Virus record (IMG/VR): IMGVR_UViG_3300029288_004596
Coordinates: 1-64,000 of that record
Strand: one strand, 5' to 3'
Length of the DNA stretch: 64,000 nucleotides
Origin: a virus
Taxonomy: Duplodnaviria > Caudoviricetes
Shown: positions 17,794 to 26,718 of the stretch, in pieces
How the letters are laid out: the number at the start of each line of letters is the position of its first letter
How positions within the stretch are numbered: position 1 is the stretch's first letter
Made by a program: the position numbers and the translations under genes
Notes under the pieces: model-generated
Database searches by the model: none
Told to the model about the DNA's origin: nothing
What the model saw: the letters and a program-made list of their open reading frames with translations, nothing else

Positions 17794-18117
17794 CTAGTCC
17801 AATAGTTTCCTAGCGGTATTCATTATATCTGAGTATTTCTCTAGTTCCTCTGGGTAGATGCTAGTTTCTTCTTCAAGGAAGTTAAGTACCTCTTCATATA
17901 TAGCTTTTCTAACAGCAAGTTTATCTAATATTCCAGACTCTATGTATTGATATGTTCCTATGAGCATATCATGGTCACGAGACATTTCTATTTCAATGTC
18001 TTGAGTTTCTTTATTATATGAAATTGTACAAGGTGTGCTCTTTAATTCTATAGCCACTTCTTCTACATACTGTGCTAACTCTTCAAGAAGTATATCATCC
18101 TCAGCTGTGTTTGTCAT
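17794..18117 (-). CDS. Hypothetical acidic protein
   Basis: 107-aa ORF with GGAG SD, abutting rmlA. Confidence 0.6.
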   Translation of the reverse strand: MTNTAEDDILLEELAQYVEEVAIELKSTPCTISYNKETQDIEIEMSRDHDMLIGTYQYIESGILDKLAVRKAIYEEVLNFLEEETSIYPEELEKYSDIMNTARKLLD

Positions 18118-18130
18118 GATAATTACTCCC

Positions 18131-18286
18131 TCATAGTTTTAATATAGCCACTATTAACTGGAGTAGAGTAAACCCTAGTATAGAGATTGCTATTAGTCCT
18201 AGCATCCATGCCATACCAGCTCCATCTTCTTTTACTGTTCTAGGTGGTGGAGGCTTTGGTGGAGGCGAGTAGGTCTTATGGGACAT
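18131..18286 (-). CDS. 51-aa membrane protein with Pro-rich N-terminus (absent from ORF track)
   Basis: Hand translation MSHKTYSPPPKPPPPRTVKEDGAGMAWMLGLIAISILGFTLLQLIVAILKL; fills the intergenic gap. Confidence 0.6.
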   Translation of the reverse strand: MSHKTYSPPPKPPPPRTVKEDGAGMAWMLGLIAISILGFTLLQLIVAILKL

Positions 18287-18590
18287 ATACTAATCCTCCA
18301 CCTAGATTTATTCCATATCCTGCAGTGCTTAAACTTCCTGCGCCAGTTTGGTTTTCATTAGGATTTCCATCGCATATTGGTATTCTTATACCAATGTGAC
18401 TTCTATGGTCTCCTTGGGTATCTACTTCCTTTGGTTGGTCATAAGTCTTTAACCACTCAGGAGTCTCTTCTATAGAAACACGAGTGGGTGCGCTAGTTGT
18501 TTCCTGCTCTTGCTGTCCTACAAAGCATGCTATCAGAGCTATTACCATTAATACTAGTACTATTGTGAGTCCAAATTCCTCAGTAGCCAT
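18276..18590 (-). CDS. Hypothetical membrane-anchored protein
   Basis: N-terminal hydrophobic helix ending near Cys; GGAGG SD. Confidence 0.6.
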   Translation of the reverse strand: MATEEFGLTIVLVLMVIALIACFVGQQEQETTSAPTRVSIEETPEWLKTYDQPKEVDTQGDHRSHIGIRIPICDGNPNENQTGAGSLSTAGYGINLGGGLVYVP

Positions 18591-18604
18591 GTTGTCCTCC
18601 TAGT

Positions 18605-20287
18605 CTATAGAGCTAATCCAATGTCCAGTTTAAGAAGGGTCTCTCCCTCCTCAGGTTTTATCCTGGCTCTCTCAGAGTAGCCTTTCTTTTCCCCTGAGAG
18701 TTTGAGCATGTACTCTCCAAGTCTGTGGTTTATATTCACCTTGAAGAAGTCTCCGTACTCGCTGTCTCTCCCATAGTTTATCTCATAGAAGGTTTTCCCG
18801 TAGTCCAGTCTGAACCCCAGGGATCTATTTATTCCTTCTATGGAATCCTCATTATACTCACTATATATTATAGCTCTTGTGGATAGAGTTCTCAAAATCT
18901 TAAAGGAGTCTCCATAGGCTGGGATTATCTCTCCATCTTCCTCCCTGCCATTATACATTCTCATTCCCAGAGTCAGTCCCATGGTCTTTATGTCTATGTT
19001 GTTCTCTTCTCTGACCCCCAGGCTTCCATCAGGATTTATTAGTCTCTTGGATATATGCCCGAATCTTATCTTGCTGGTTGGGTTGGACTCATATTGTATG
19101 GCTCTGGAGTATCTGTAGATGCCACTCTTAGTATCCAGCTTCTCAGCATTGGACAGGGTGGCTGTCCCATTGAGCAGGGAAGCCTGCAGCTTTATGGCGT
19201 TATCCAGTTTAGTTTCTTTATCATTGGTAACCTGAGTATTTATGGAGGAACTGATAGTAATGTCCTTTATCCCAGCCAGTTCCTTAGCCACCATGCCATC
19301 TATGGTTAGCTTCTTCTCTTCCTGGTCAGGCTTGTCATCTATGGACATAGTCATGTTCAGAGACTTGGTGACCTTATAGGCTATCCCCACATTGTAGTTG
19401 TCGTCTACCTTATTGTCTTTAGTGGAGTCTTTGTAATACCCCACTAAGGAGAACCTGTCGCTGAAGGGAGCCCTGATTCTAAGGGACTTGGAATCCAGAT
19501 TCTTATCCCCGCTCAGTTGGTTTATATTTAGTTCCGCCCCATACTTAGCTTTGGGATCAGTGACTACTTTGATATCTGTCTTCTGAAGAGTATCTGTTGT
19601 ATCTGATAAGTAGTCTATATCCAGACCCTTAGGAGAGTAGTTTACAAGAGTCTTCCTGTTGGTTTCTGTCTCGGATCTAGTTATCATGAGATTCTTTGAG
19701 GGAGCCATAGCCAAGGTGGTGTTGTACTTATCCTTGTCCCTCATTGAGGAGTAGGATATGTTCCCTAAGGATATATCGGTTTTCCTTACATCCTTGGTCT
19801 TTTCGCTAGAGACTTTCAGTTTAGCTGGCGCATAACTCAGGGAACTCTTGTTATCCTTGTCTCTATTCACTGAAGCTTCTATAGCCAGAGTCTTGGAGGG
19901 CTTTATGTTAGCTGATAGTAGACTTTCTTTCTTGCCATTTGTGTTAGTGGATAGATATGATAGTCCTCCAAGGGATAGACCTATGCTGGTGTTCTTAGAA
20001 GTCTCAGTAGACTTCTTAGTGGCATATCCAAGTTCTATTCCCAGCATTCCCATCTGAGTCTTTAATGTTTGGGATAACTCCTTTGTGTACTTTCCTTTTT
20101 CCATAGCCTTGGAAGACACGGAGCCTTCCAGCATTCCGAACCCAAGGTCAAACTTGTTGATAGCGTTAAGTCCATCCAGCCCTATGGATACCCCATTGAC
20201 GAAGGAAAACGGAGTCCCCTCCATAGTTTCTGAGGCTATGGCTGGAACTCCTAGTAGAAGGATCATTATTATTAAGATGTATTTCAT
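18605..20287 (-). CDS. Secreted beta-strand-rich protein (possible outer-membrane beta-barrel)
   Basis: Signal peptide MKYILIIMILLLGVPAIA; alternating beta-strand pattern with K/D/T-rich turns throughout. Confidence 0.6.
   Translation of the reverse strand: MKYILIIMILLLGVPAIASETMEGTPFSFVNGVSIGLDGLNAINKFDLGFGMLEGSVSSKAMEKGKYTKELSQTLKTQMGMLGIELGYATKKSTETSKNTSIGLSLGGLSYLSTNTNGKKESLLSANIKPSKTLAIEASVNRDKDNKSSLSYAPAKLKVSSEKTKDVRKTDISLGNISYSSMRDKDKYNTTLAMAPSKNLMITRSETETNRKTLVNYSPKGLDIDYLSDTTDTLQKTDIKVVTDPKAKYGAELNINQLSGDKNLDSKSLRIRAPFSDRFSLVGYYKDSTKDNKVDDNYNVGIAYKVTKSLNMTMSIDDKPDQEEKKLTIDGMVAKELAGIKDITISSSINTQVTNDKETKLDNAIKLQASLLNGTATLSNAEKLDTKSGIYRYSRAIQYESNPTSKIRFGHISKRLINPDGSLGVREENNIDIKTMGLTLGMRMYNGREEDGEIIPAYGDSFKILRTLSTRAIIYSEYNEDSIEGINRSLGFRLDYGKTFYEINYGRDSEYGDFFKVNINHRLGEYMLKLSGEKKGYSERARIKPEEGETLLKLDIGLAL
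18858..18874 (-). promoter_or_regulatory. Intragenic copy of the candidate phage promoter motif GCTATAATATATAGTGA
   Basis: 17-nt exact match to 54938-54954. Confidence 0.4.
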
Positions 20288-20292
20288 CGCGT

Positions 20293-20901
20293 TTACTTTT
20301 TAAGGATATAAGCTTGAGCAGCCGCAAAGGCTGTGTACATATCCTTTAGAGGTTTGATATTAGAGAGACTCTCAAGTATCTCTCCATCCTTTATGAAGGC
20401 TCCTATAGAAGTCTTCTTTCCTGGGAACACATCAATGGCTATCCCTATCATAGGACCAGCGGGAGAGCCATCCTTGCCCTTGGTTATGAGAGTAATCCTC
20501 AGTCTCCTGGAGACATACTCTGCATGGTATTTGTCATTCTTGTTTACTCCTCCTCCCCATTTATCCATGAGGAGCAGGGAACCTTCAGATTCCAGGGTTT
20601 CCTTGTCCTGTTTGCTTAGAGTATACTGCCCATGCAGCACTCTGTAGCATAGAGCCAGAAACTCATCTGTGTCCACGAAGTACTGAGCTCTCTTGTTCTT
20701 GCTCTTGTCTTCCTGGTTGAAGTCCTGCAAGGTTATAACTACCTTGCCTTTGTCTATAGCTCCATACTCATCAAGGTCTAGTCCTTCCTTGTGACTATAG
20801 ATCATCATGTCAGAGAAAGCTATTATCTTTCCCTGTGATTTGTTTGCCCCCATAGTGGAGGTGAGCTGGTAAATTTCTGGGTTTCTCTTAGGTTCGTCCA
20901 C
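20293..20901 (-). CDS. Hypothetical protein
   Basis: 202 aa, GTG start with GGAGG SD and an upstream extended -10. Confidence 0.65.
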   Translation of the reverse strand: MDEPKRNPEIYQLTSTMGANKSQGKIIAFSDMMIYSHKEGLDLDEYGAIDKGKVVITLQDFNQEDKSKNKRAQYFVDTDEFLALCYRVLHGQYTLSKQDKETLESEGSLLLMDKWGGGVNKNDKYHAEYVSRRLRITLITKGKDGSPAGPMIGIAIDVFPGKKTSIGAFIKDGEILESLSNIKPLKDMYTAFAAAQAYILKK

Positions 20902-20918
20902 TTTAGTCCTCCACTCTT

Positions 20919-20927
20919 ATTATACCA
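20919..20927 (-). promoter_or_regulatory. Extended -10 promoter TGGTATAAT
   Basis: TGn-TATAAT directly upstream of the SD of 20293..20901. Confidence 0.55.
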
Positions 20928-21029
20928 CTAAGTCTGCTTGTTTTCAAGTTTTTTTCGCTTGTCAGCCTTGCGCTCCTTAGGGGATTTCTTGAGGGCTCTC
21001 GCAGTTCTCTTGATGCCCTTATCAGCCAT
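20928..21029 (-). CDS. 33-aa highly basic peptide MADKGIKRTARALKKSPKERKADKRKKLENKQT (absent from ORF track)
   Basis: Hand translation; GGAGG SD; TAATG overlap with the upstream micro-ORF. Confidence 0.6.
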   Translation of the reverse strand: MADKGIKRTARALKKSPKERKADKRKKLENKQT

Positions 21030-21067
21030 TAACAGCCTCCTCCACATTTCTTTCTTTTCTTGGCCAT
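21029..21067 (-). CDS. 12-aa micropeptide MAKKRKKCGGGC
   Basis: Strong GGAGGTGG SD; stop overlaps the next ATG. Confidence 0.5.
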   Translation of the reverse strand: MAKKRKKCGGGC

Positions 21068-21078
21068 GTTACCACCTC

Positions 21079-21186
21079 CTAGCCATAGAGTATTCTCATT
21101 ATGTAGTATGCGTCCACATACTGCAAGTTTATCTTGTCATAGATGATGTAGTACAGCGGTACTAGCAGTAGAATCAGGTTCTTCAT
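21079..21186 (-). CDS. 35-aa Tyr-rich hydrophobic peptide
   Basis: MKNLILLLVPLYYIIYDKINLQYVDAYYIMRILYG; ATGA overlap with the stop at 21183. Confidence 0.45.
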   Translation of the reverse strand: MKNLILLLVPLYYIIYDKINLQYVDAYYIMRILYG

Positions 21187-22289
21187 GACCAGCTCCCTTC
21201 TATGGAAGTTATTACTGGGGAAGCCCCAGCTATAGACTGAGTGAGATTGTACTCTACAGTATTATCAGATATTGTTTTGGATATGTAAGCCAGGGCGGAC
21301 TCGTCCTTTCCCCTGAGGGTGTAGGTGGGAGAAGAGATTGTGCCAGCTCCCACTATGGGAGTGAGGTTTATAGTCAACTTAGAGGCTGTGGCAAACTCCA
21401 TGTAGTTGGCTTCTATGTTAGAGAAGCCCCAGTATAGGTTGGATATGTCTATCAGTTCCAGATGAATGAGTATATCAGAAGCTTTGCTGGGAGCGAAGAT
21501 GACTCTAGTGTTCCCATAGTTTAAGACTTTGGAAGAAGAGTATCCTGGCTGATAACTTAGGTCGCAGGCTATCCAGGTGGAACCGTAAGGTCTATAGTAT
21601 ATACCCTTTAAGTTCTGAGTCATGGCTGGGAAGGGATGAACTACTATAGAGTTTATGTAGTCATTGGTATATACTTCCACTGGCAAGGTTATCTTGACCC
21701 ATACATCCGATACAGTCTCAGCTTTTTCTACCCATGCAGTTTCGTTCTTTCCGTCCAGGGCATAAGGGTGCTCTGTGGGAATTGTGTACTCATAGTCCTG
21801 GGGAGGAGTAGTCCCAGCTGTTTTGTAACAGTAACCAACTTTCACAGTCTCAGGTATCCATATGTCTCCATTGGCGTCTTCCACTGTTATCTTTGGAGTA
21901 GTGTTGTTTACAGCCAAGGTAGCCTGTCCATACTTAGTGTCTACAGTGGCTGAAGTGGTAGAACCTCCCAAAGGAGTTACTCTGCACTCAGTGTCATACA
22001 TAGATATGACTGTGGACTTGGAGGACTGAGCCACTGTAGCTAAGAGTTGAGTTATGCTTCCAGATAGAGCTGCTATCTTGGAGGCTAGAGTCGAGGCCTG
22101 CATGACATACATAGCATTGGACTTGGTCACCCAGCTGTCTATAGTGTCCGCATAGTCATACAGCATCAGCAGGTCAGTTCTCAGATTCACATTCATGGTG
22201 TTTAAAATACTGGAATCTGATAGACCTCCATATTTTATCAGTGGATTATTGGGCGTCTCTAATAGGTTTTCCGATGACTTAAGAGCCAT
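21183..22289 (-). CDS. Putative virion structural protein (helical N-terminus plus discoidin/galactose-binding-like domain)
   Basis: YALDGKNETAW motif resembles paralogous segments in 24712..26718 and 26715..30017; structural operon. Confidence 0.6.
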   Translation of the reverse strand: MALKSSENLLETPNNPLIKYGGLSDSSILNTMNVNLRTDLLMLYDYADTIDSWVTKSNAMYVMQASTLASKIAALSGSITQLLATVAQSSKSTVISMYDTECRVTPLGGSTTSATVDTKYGQATLAVNNTTPKITVEDANGDIWIPETVKVGYCYKTAGTTPPQDYEYTIPTEHPYALDGKNETAWVEKAETVSDVWVKITLPVEVYTNDYINSIVVHPFPAMTQNLKGIYYRPYGSTWIACDLSYQPGYSSSKVLNYGNTRVIFAPSKASDILIHLELIDISNLYWGFSNIEANYMEFATASKLTINLTPIVGAGTISSPTYTLRGKDESALAYISKTISDNTVEYNLTQSIAGASPVITSIEGSWS

Positions 22290-22515
22290 ATTTAAGCCTC
22301 CTCATGAATTCTTGAACTACTCTGGCTTTCTGGAGTATAGGGGTATAGTCTGTATTGAAGTCCTCAAAGGGAGTCACGCTTAAAGAGTTCTCTGAAGTGG
22401 TCAGGCTGTAGTATATTCTGGACACATCAGCTAGAGCCCCTCCTGTCTGAGAGGTCAGCTTTATGGATTCCCTTGGTCCTCTATATCTAAAGTTTACTAG
22501 TGGCGTATGTATCAT
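22279..22515 (-). CDS. Small putative structural protein
   Basis: 78 aa, coupled to both neighbours, RYRGPRES motif. Confidence 0.55.
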   Translation of the reverse strand: MIHTPLVNFRYRGPRESIKLTSQTGGALADVSRIYYSLTTSENSLSVTPFEDFNTDYTPILQKARVVQEFMRRLKYGS

Positions 22516-24719
22516 GATAATAGCAGCTCATAGGAATGTAGTTTGGGAGTGGCGTTCACATTCTCCTCCTTGGAAAAGTCAAATCTCAGTCTCACTGTGT
22601 TTAATGGTATGTCTGTATAACTTTGACACTCAAGAACTAGAAGCTGTTTAGCTCCATTGTTTACCCCATCAAAATTGGAAGAGGTTGTTATGCTGGTGGG
22701 ATCATAGTTTAAGAGCACGGCTGGGCCTCCAGATAAAGTCTTAGAGATAGCCCAGGTGTTGTTATCCTTAATAGGGACCATCTGTCTCAGTTCAAACTCA
22801 GACACTTTTCTCTGGGTTCCTTCTACGCACCTGGTCTTGTATACTCCCTGGTCTAGTCCTAGTGGATTAAAGCTGGAATAAAAACCTATGGAGTATGGGT
22901 ATACTCCTCCCTGCAGTCCTTCGGCTGTCAGGTCTGAGTTCCCTGAAGTTCCTGGGCTATAAAGATAAATCTGATATTTGTTCCAGCCCTTCTTAAGTCT
23001 TATGCTGGCCCTATACTCGAAGCCTTCAGTTCCTATCATCTCTGATCTTTTGGTGGCCATGTACTTGGAGGATATGACATTCATGTCATTGACATAGACT
23101 GAGAAGGGAGCCACCACCTGTTTCTCCACAGAGCCCTGCCCGTATACAAGGAACTTTTCCCTGTAGAAGGTCACTTCCTCAGGAGCGAATATATATGTGG
23201 TGAACCTGTAGTTTCCTTTGTCTGCTAGGATTTTATTCCCTGAAGAATCCCTTATCCCTATGTTCAGCCAATCTTTTATTTCTACAGCCCCATCAGTTTT
23301 TTCCGAGTCCTGCATGAATATGGGCGTAGCTTCATCATGTAGGGTTGTGTCCCCGCTCTTGGATATCAGATCAGTCATTCCATAGTATATAGGAGTCATG
23401 TATGCTGAATAGACTCCTGGTCTGGAGTAGTCTGAGGGGATTGGTATGTGATCAGAACCATCATGATAACTCCAGTCATAGCTGAAGTGCTCCACAAATA
23501 TCTGGCCTTCCCCTTTAGTCAGTATCTCAGTGCCATTTATGTAGCCATTGGGTATGCCAGTGAACTTGTAGAAACACAGAGCGGCCCCACTGGTGGATCT
23601 TTCATCCAAGGCCACATTGCTTATGTAGGTCTTGTTTATATTAGGGGACTTGAGCATGGTCTCAGAGTCTGAGAGAGCTATCCAGTTATCCTCGTCTCCC
23701 CTGGCTATATATCCTTTTATACTTGTTCCTATGGGTAGTTCTGTTTCCATTCTTAGAGACGCGCTTATTATGGATGTATTGTCGTCTGGGTTTGGAGATG
23801 TCACTGTGAGAGGAACTGTGTACAGGCTTCCAAAGTGAGCGAAGCTGGTCTTTAAGAGTTTAAGTCTTTTCAGCCCTACTTCTCCTCCGGAGATTCTCAC
23901 TCTTATCTGAGACGCCTCCACTCTGGGAAAGGAAAAGGTTTTGGATGTGGTCAGGGATTCCCCTATCAGTTGATAGTAGTTATAGCCATCATTAGTCCAT
24001 TCTACACTTATAGTTAATGGAGTGGCTATGTCTATATATATAGCGTCTATAGGCTGGAGTTTGACAGTCTTGACTGGGTTTATCTCTTCAAGTCCCAGAG
24101 CAACCTCATAGTCAGAGGTGACTATCCATACATTGTTGTCATCATTTAATATATACCTGATGCTGGAGATGGCTGTTCCTTTTTCAGATATTACCCTGGC
24201 CTTGCTCATGTCATAGGCGTAAGTGCTTTGTTTTGTCATGGGAAGGGTTGCCGCCCCTTCCTCATTGTCTATATTTACTGTGGATAATAGCTGATCCACT
24301 TTCATGGAGTCATTGAAAGTGTCATAGATTGCATATCTGCTTCCATATCTTATGGCGTCCAGGTTTCTGTCTATGGACTGCTCCAGGGCATGCAGTCTTT
24401 TCTTGACGGCTGTGGCTCTGGAAGAGAATAAATTATATGTGGATAGCATAGAGTCTGAAGCGTCTATTATTGAGGAGAACAAAAGGCTTAGGTCGTCCTT
24501 TATCTCCTCAAAGGTCCTCTGTATGTCTTTGGAGTCTTCTCCTCCTATCTTGGCTCTGTATATAGCTGGTCTGAGAGTGGCTGTGGGAACGCCCCATTCC
24601 CCTGTCATCTTCTCCTTGGTCTTGGCGAGGATCATATCTGTGGTTGGAAACTTTCCGCTTCTAAGCAGTTCCCTGATGGCCTCATTTGTAACTTTTAATT
24701 TCTGCCTGGAATCAATCAT
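22512..24719 (-). CDS. Putative baseplate/tail structural protein
   Basis: N-terminal coiled-coil shared with two upstream paralogues, beta-rich body with LKKGWN motif, C-terminal TPKLHSYEL. Confidence 0.65.
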   Translation of the reverse strand: MIDSRQKLKVTNEAIRELLRSGKFPTTDMILAKTKEKMTGEWGVPTATLRPAIYRAKIGGEDSKDIQRTFEEIKDDLSLLFSSIIDASDSMLSTYNLFSSRATAVKKRLHALEQSIDRNLDAIRYGSRYAIYDTFNDSMKVDQLLSTVNIDNEEGAATLPMTKQSTYAYDMSKARVISEKGTAISSIRYILNDDNNVWIVTSDYEVALGLEEINPVKTVKLQPIDAIYIDIATPLTISVEWTNDGYNYYQLIGESLTTSKTFSFPRVEASQIRVRISGGEVGLKRLKLLKTSFAHFGSLYTVPLTVTSPNPDDNTSIISASLRMETELPIGTSIKGYIARGDEDNWIALSDSETMLKSPNINKTYISNVALDERSTSGAALCFYKFTGIPNGYINGTEILTKGEGQIFVEHFSYDWSYHDGSDHIPIPSDYSRPGVYSAYMTPIYYGMTDLISKSGDTTLHDEATPIFMQDSEKTDGAVEIKDWLNIGIRDSSGNKILADKGNYRFTTYIFAPEEVTFYREKFLVYGQGSVEKQVVAPFSVYVNDMNVISSKYMATKRSEMIGTEGFEYRASIRLKKGWNKYQIYLYSPGTSGNSDLTAEGLQGGVYPYSIGFYSSFNPLGLDQGVYKTRCVEGTQRKVSEFELRQMVPIKDNNTWAISKTLSGGPAVLLNYDPTSITTSSNFDGVNNGAKQLLVLECQSYTDIPLNTVRLRFDFSKEENVNATPKLHSYELLLS

Positions 24720-26718
24720 TGGGCAATCCTTTTATGGCGTAGTATGTCAGAGTTGGAGACTGGGTGTTTTTGTCTGAGGGTCTGGACAGGGTAGCCCTGA
24801 AGTATATCACAGAGCTGGACTCTATCTCCACCACAGACTTCTCCAGATCATTTATCTGAGGAATTATTTCTTTCCAGTCGCTAGCATTAGTGGAAACTTC
24901 ATACTTGATCCACTTCCCTACTCCCCATCCATCTGGTATCAGTTCCCCCACTATTAAGGAAACAGCTTTAACTTCCTTTCCAAAGTACAGGGGCGCTGAC
25001 TGTATTATGGAAGTTTGCGTGTAAGTTTTTCTGTACATAGAAAAGTCTCTTACGCCCATGGCAAACCTGTAGGCTCTGAAGATATCATAAAGTTCTCTTA
25101 CTCCAAGCACAGTCTTTGTGGTCTCTCCAAAGACGGCTTTACCAATGGAAGATCCTGTGCTCAGACCCATGAATCCTCCGATAAAGCCTCCAGTTATGGC
25201 TCCTATCACAGCCCCAGCCACAGCCATGGCTGACTCTCCTCCGGACTTGTCTGTGGAAGTTAGTTTAGCCACTTCAGCGTCTGATACTCTTTCATAGTTT
25301 ATGGATGTGTCCGCTTCCCAGTTGGTAAGGGAGGCGCTTTCATTTACCTGTGTTTCCTTCCTGTAAAACTTGTGGGCTATTTTTGTGTCGTAGCTCTTGT
25401 CCTGAGTCATGGACACCTTTATAAACTTTGCAGTCTCGTTGCATGGGATGACCGCTATGCCATTGGAAGTTTTTACAGGTATGTCCCCTGAGGGCATGTT
25501 GAGATCTTTGTTAAGTATTATTGGGGTCTTTATTAGTTCCTTCCATGAGGTGGATTCTGAACCCCTCACCTTTACAGAGTCCAGGGTAAAAGGAAGACCA
25601 TTGGGCAGATAAGGTAGCAGTTCCATCCAGGTCACGTCTATATCTGTGTCTAGCTCTATAGTAAATGTCAATGTCAGTTTCTGGTTCTTGGGATCCCCTA
25701 AGCAAGTGTGCACGCATCTGTAGGGTCCTATGGGAGTTGTATTGTCCGGATACATTATGGAAGATTTCCAGCCGTAGTCTCTTGTTATAGTGTATTCTGG
25801 TCTAGCTATAGTGGATCCTTCTCCCGATCCATAGTTCTTGGCTGTAGTCTCAGTGCTTTTATCCTTGTCCCCTGGATTCAAAGTCAGTATGGCTTTCTCT
25901 CTTCCAGAGTCATTGGCCACATATCCACTCCTGCTTACCACTTTCTGAACTACGGGAACTATGTACTTCTCCCATTCAAACCATGTGGTGGCATCCCCGT
26001 CATTTATGTTTCTTATATCTGAAGAGTCCTTATAAGCGCTCTTCGCATAGTTTGGTATGATAGGGGAGTTGATTTCTTCTGAGGTAGACTCAAACTTTTC
26101 ATCCTTCTCAAAGTCCCTGTTTAGTACCTCAAAGTTATTTCCTGGCAGTCCTTCCGGAACCTCATCTGAAGTGAAGTGTTTGTCTATGCTTATGTTTACT
26201 ATGTGAGAACCTAAAGCCTCTGAGGAAACGCTTGCCAGCTGGGCATATCCTTTGGAAACTTCTATGTGAGCGTTGGTGTTGGAAGAGTCTATCAGGTTGT
26301 CTGTAGTGAAGGAATCCCCTACCCACTGATAGGTGGGATCCGAGTCGGATACCCAGAGTTGCAGTCTGTCCACCTTGGAATTTACGTTGTCAGCCAGGTT
26401 CTGGAGTCCTTTTCTTTCTATAGCGCACAGGTTTATAAGTCCTTTGACTGACACTCTTAAATCGTCCACTTCAGAGTATCCCACTCCCAAATCATAATCT
26501 AGTTTCTCCATGGGTTTCCTGAGATAGTCTATCCTAAGGAGAGAACCTTTGATCATGTTCTCCGCCTCCAAGGTGGGCTTGCCTAGGTTGTCACAGAAAT
26601 CAGCGCACTGGCTGGCTATGTACCCTAAGAGCTGGTTTTCTATAGTCAGCTCTCCCATGTTGAATCTGGTCACTATGTCAGATAATGTTGTCTTGGCTCT
26701 GTCAGTGGTTAGGCTCAT
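24712..26718 (-). CDS. Putative baseplate/tail structural protein with internal glycine-zipper
   Basis: Paralogous N-terminus, NINDGDATTWFEWE, Gly-rich hydrophobic segment, C-terminal SPTLTYY. Confidence 0.65.
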   Translation of the reverse strand: MSLTTDRAKTTLSDIVTRFNMGELTIENQLLGYIASQCADFCDNLGKPTLEAENMIKGSLLRIDYLRKPMEKLDYDLGVGYSEVDDLRVSVKGLINLCAIERKGLQNLADNVNSKVDRLQLWVSDSDPTYQWVGDSFTTDNLIDSSNTNAHIEVSKGYAQLASVSSEALGSHIVNISIDKHFTSDEVPEGLPGNNFEVLNRDFEKDEKFESTSEEINSPIIPNYAKSAYKDSSDIRNINDGDATTWFEWEKYIVPVVQKVVSRSGYVANDSGREKAILTLNPGDKDKSTETTAKNYGSGEGSTIARPEYTITRDYGWKSSIMYPDNTTPIGPYRCVHTCLGDPKNQKLTLTFTIELDTDIDVTWMELLPYLPNGLPFTLDSVKVRGSESTSWKELIKTPIILNKDLNMPSGDIPVKTSNGIAVIPCNETAKFIKVSMTQDKSYDTKIAHKFYRKETQVNESASLTNWEADTSINYERVSDAEVAKLTSTDKSGGESAMAVAGAVIGAITGGFIGGFMGLSTGSSIGKAVFGETTKTVLGVRELYDIFRAYRFAMGVRDFSMYRKTYTQTSIIQSAPLYFGKEVKAVSLIVGELIPDGWGVGKWIKYEVSTNASDWKEIIPQINDLEKSVVEIESSSVIYFRATLSRPSDKNTQSPTLTYYAIKGLPND

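Noticed and set aside
18139-18152. GGCTATATT as another copy of the promoter motif
   Set aside because: It is an imperfect match lying within the coding sequence of the 51-aa membrane protein.
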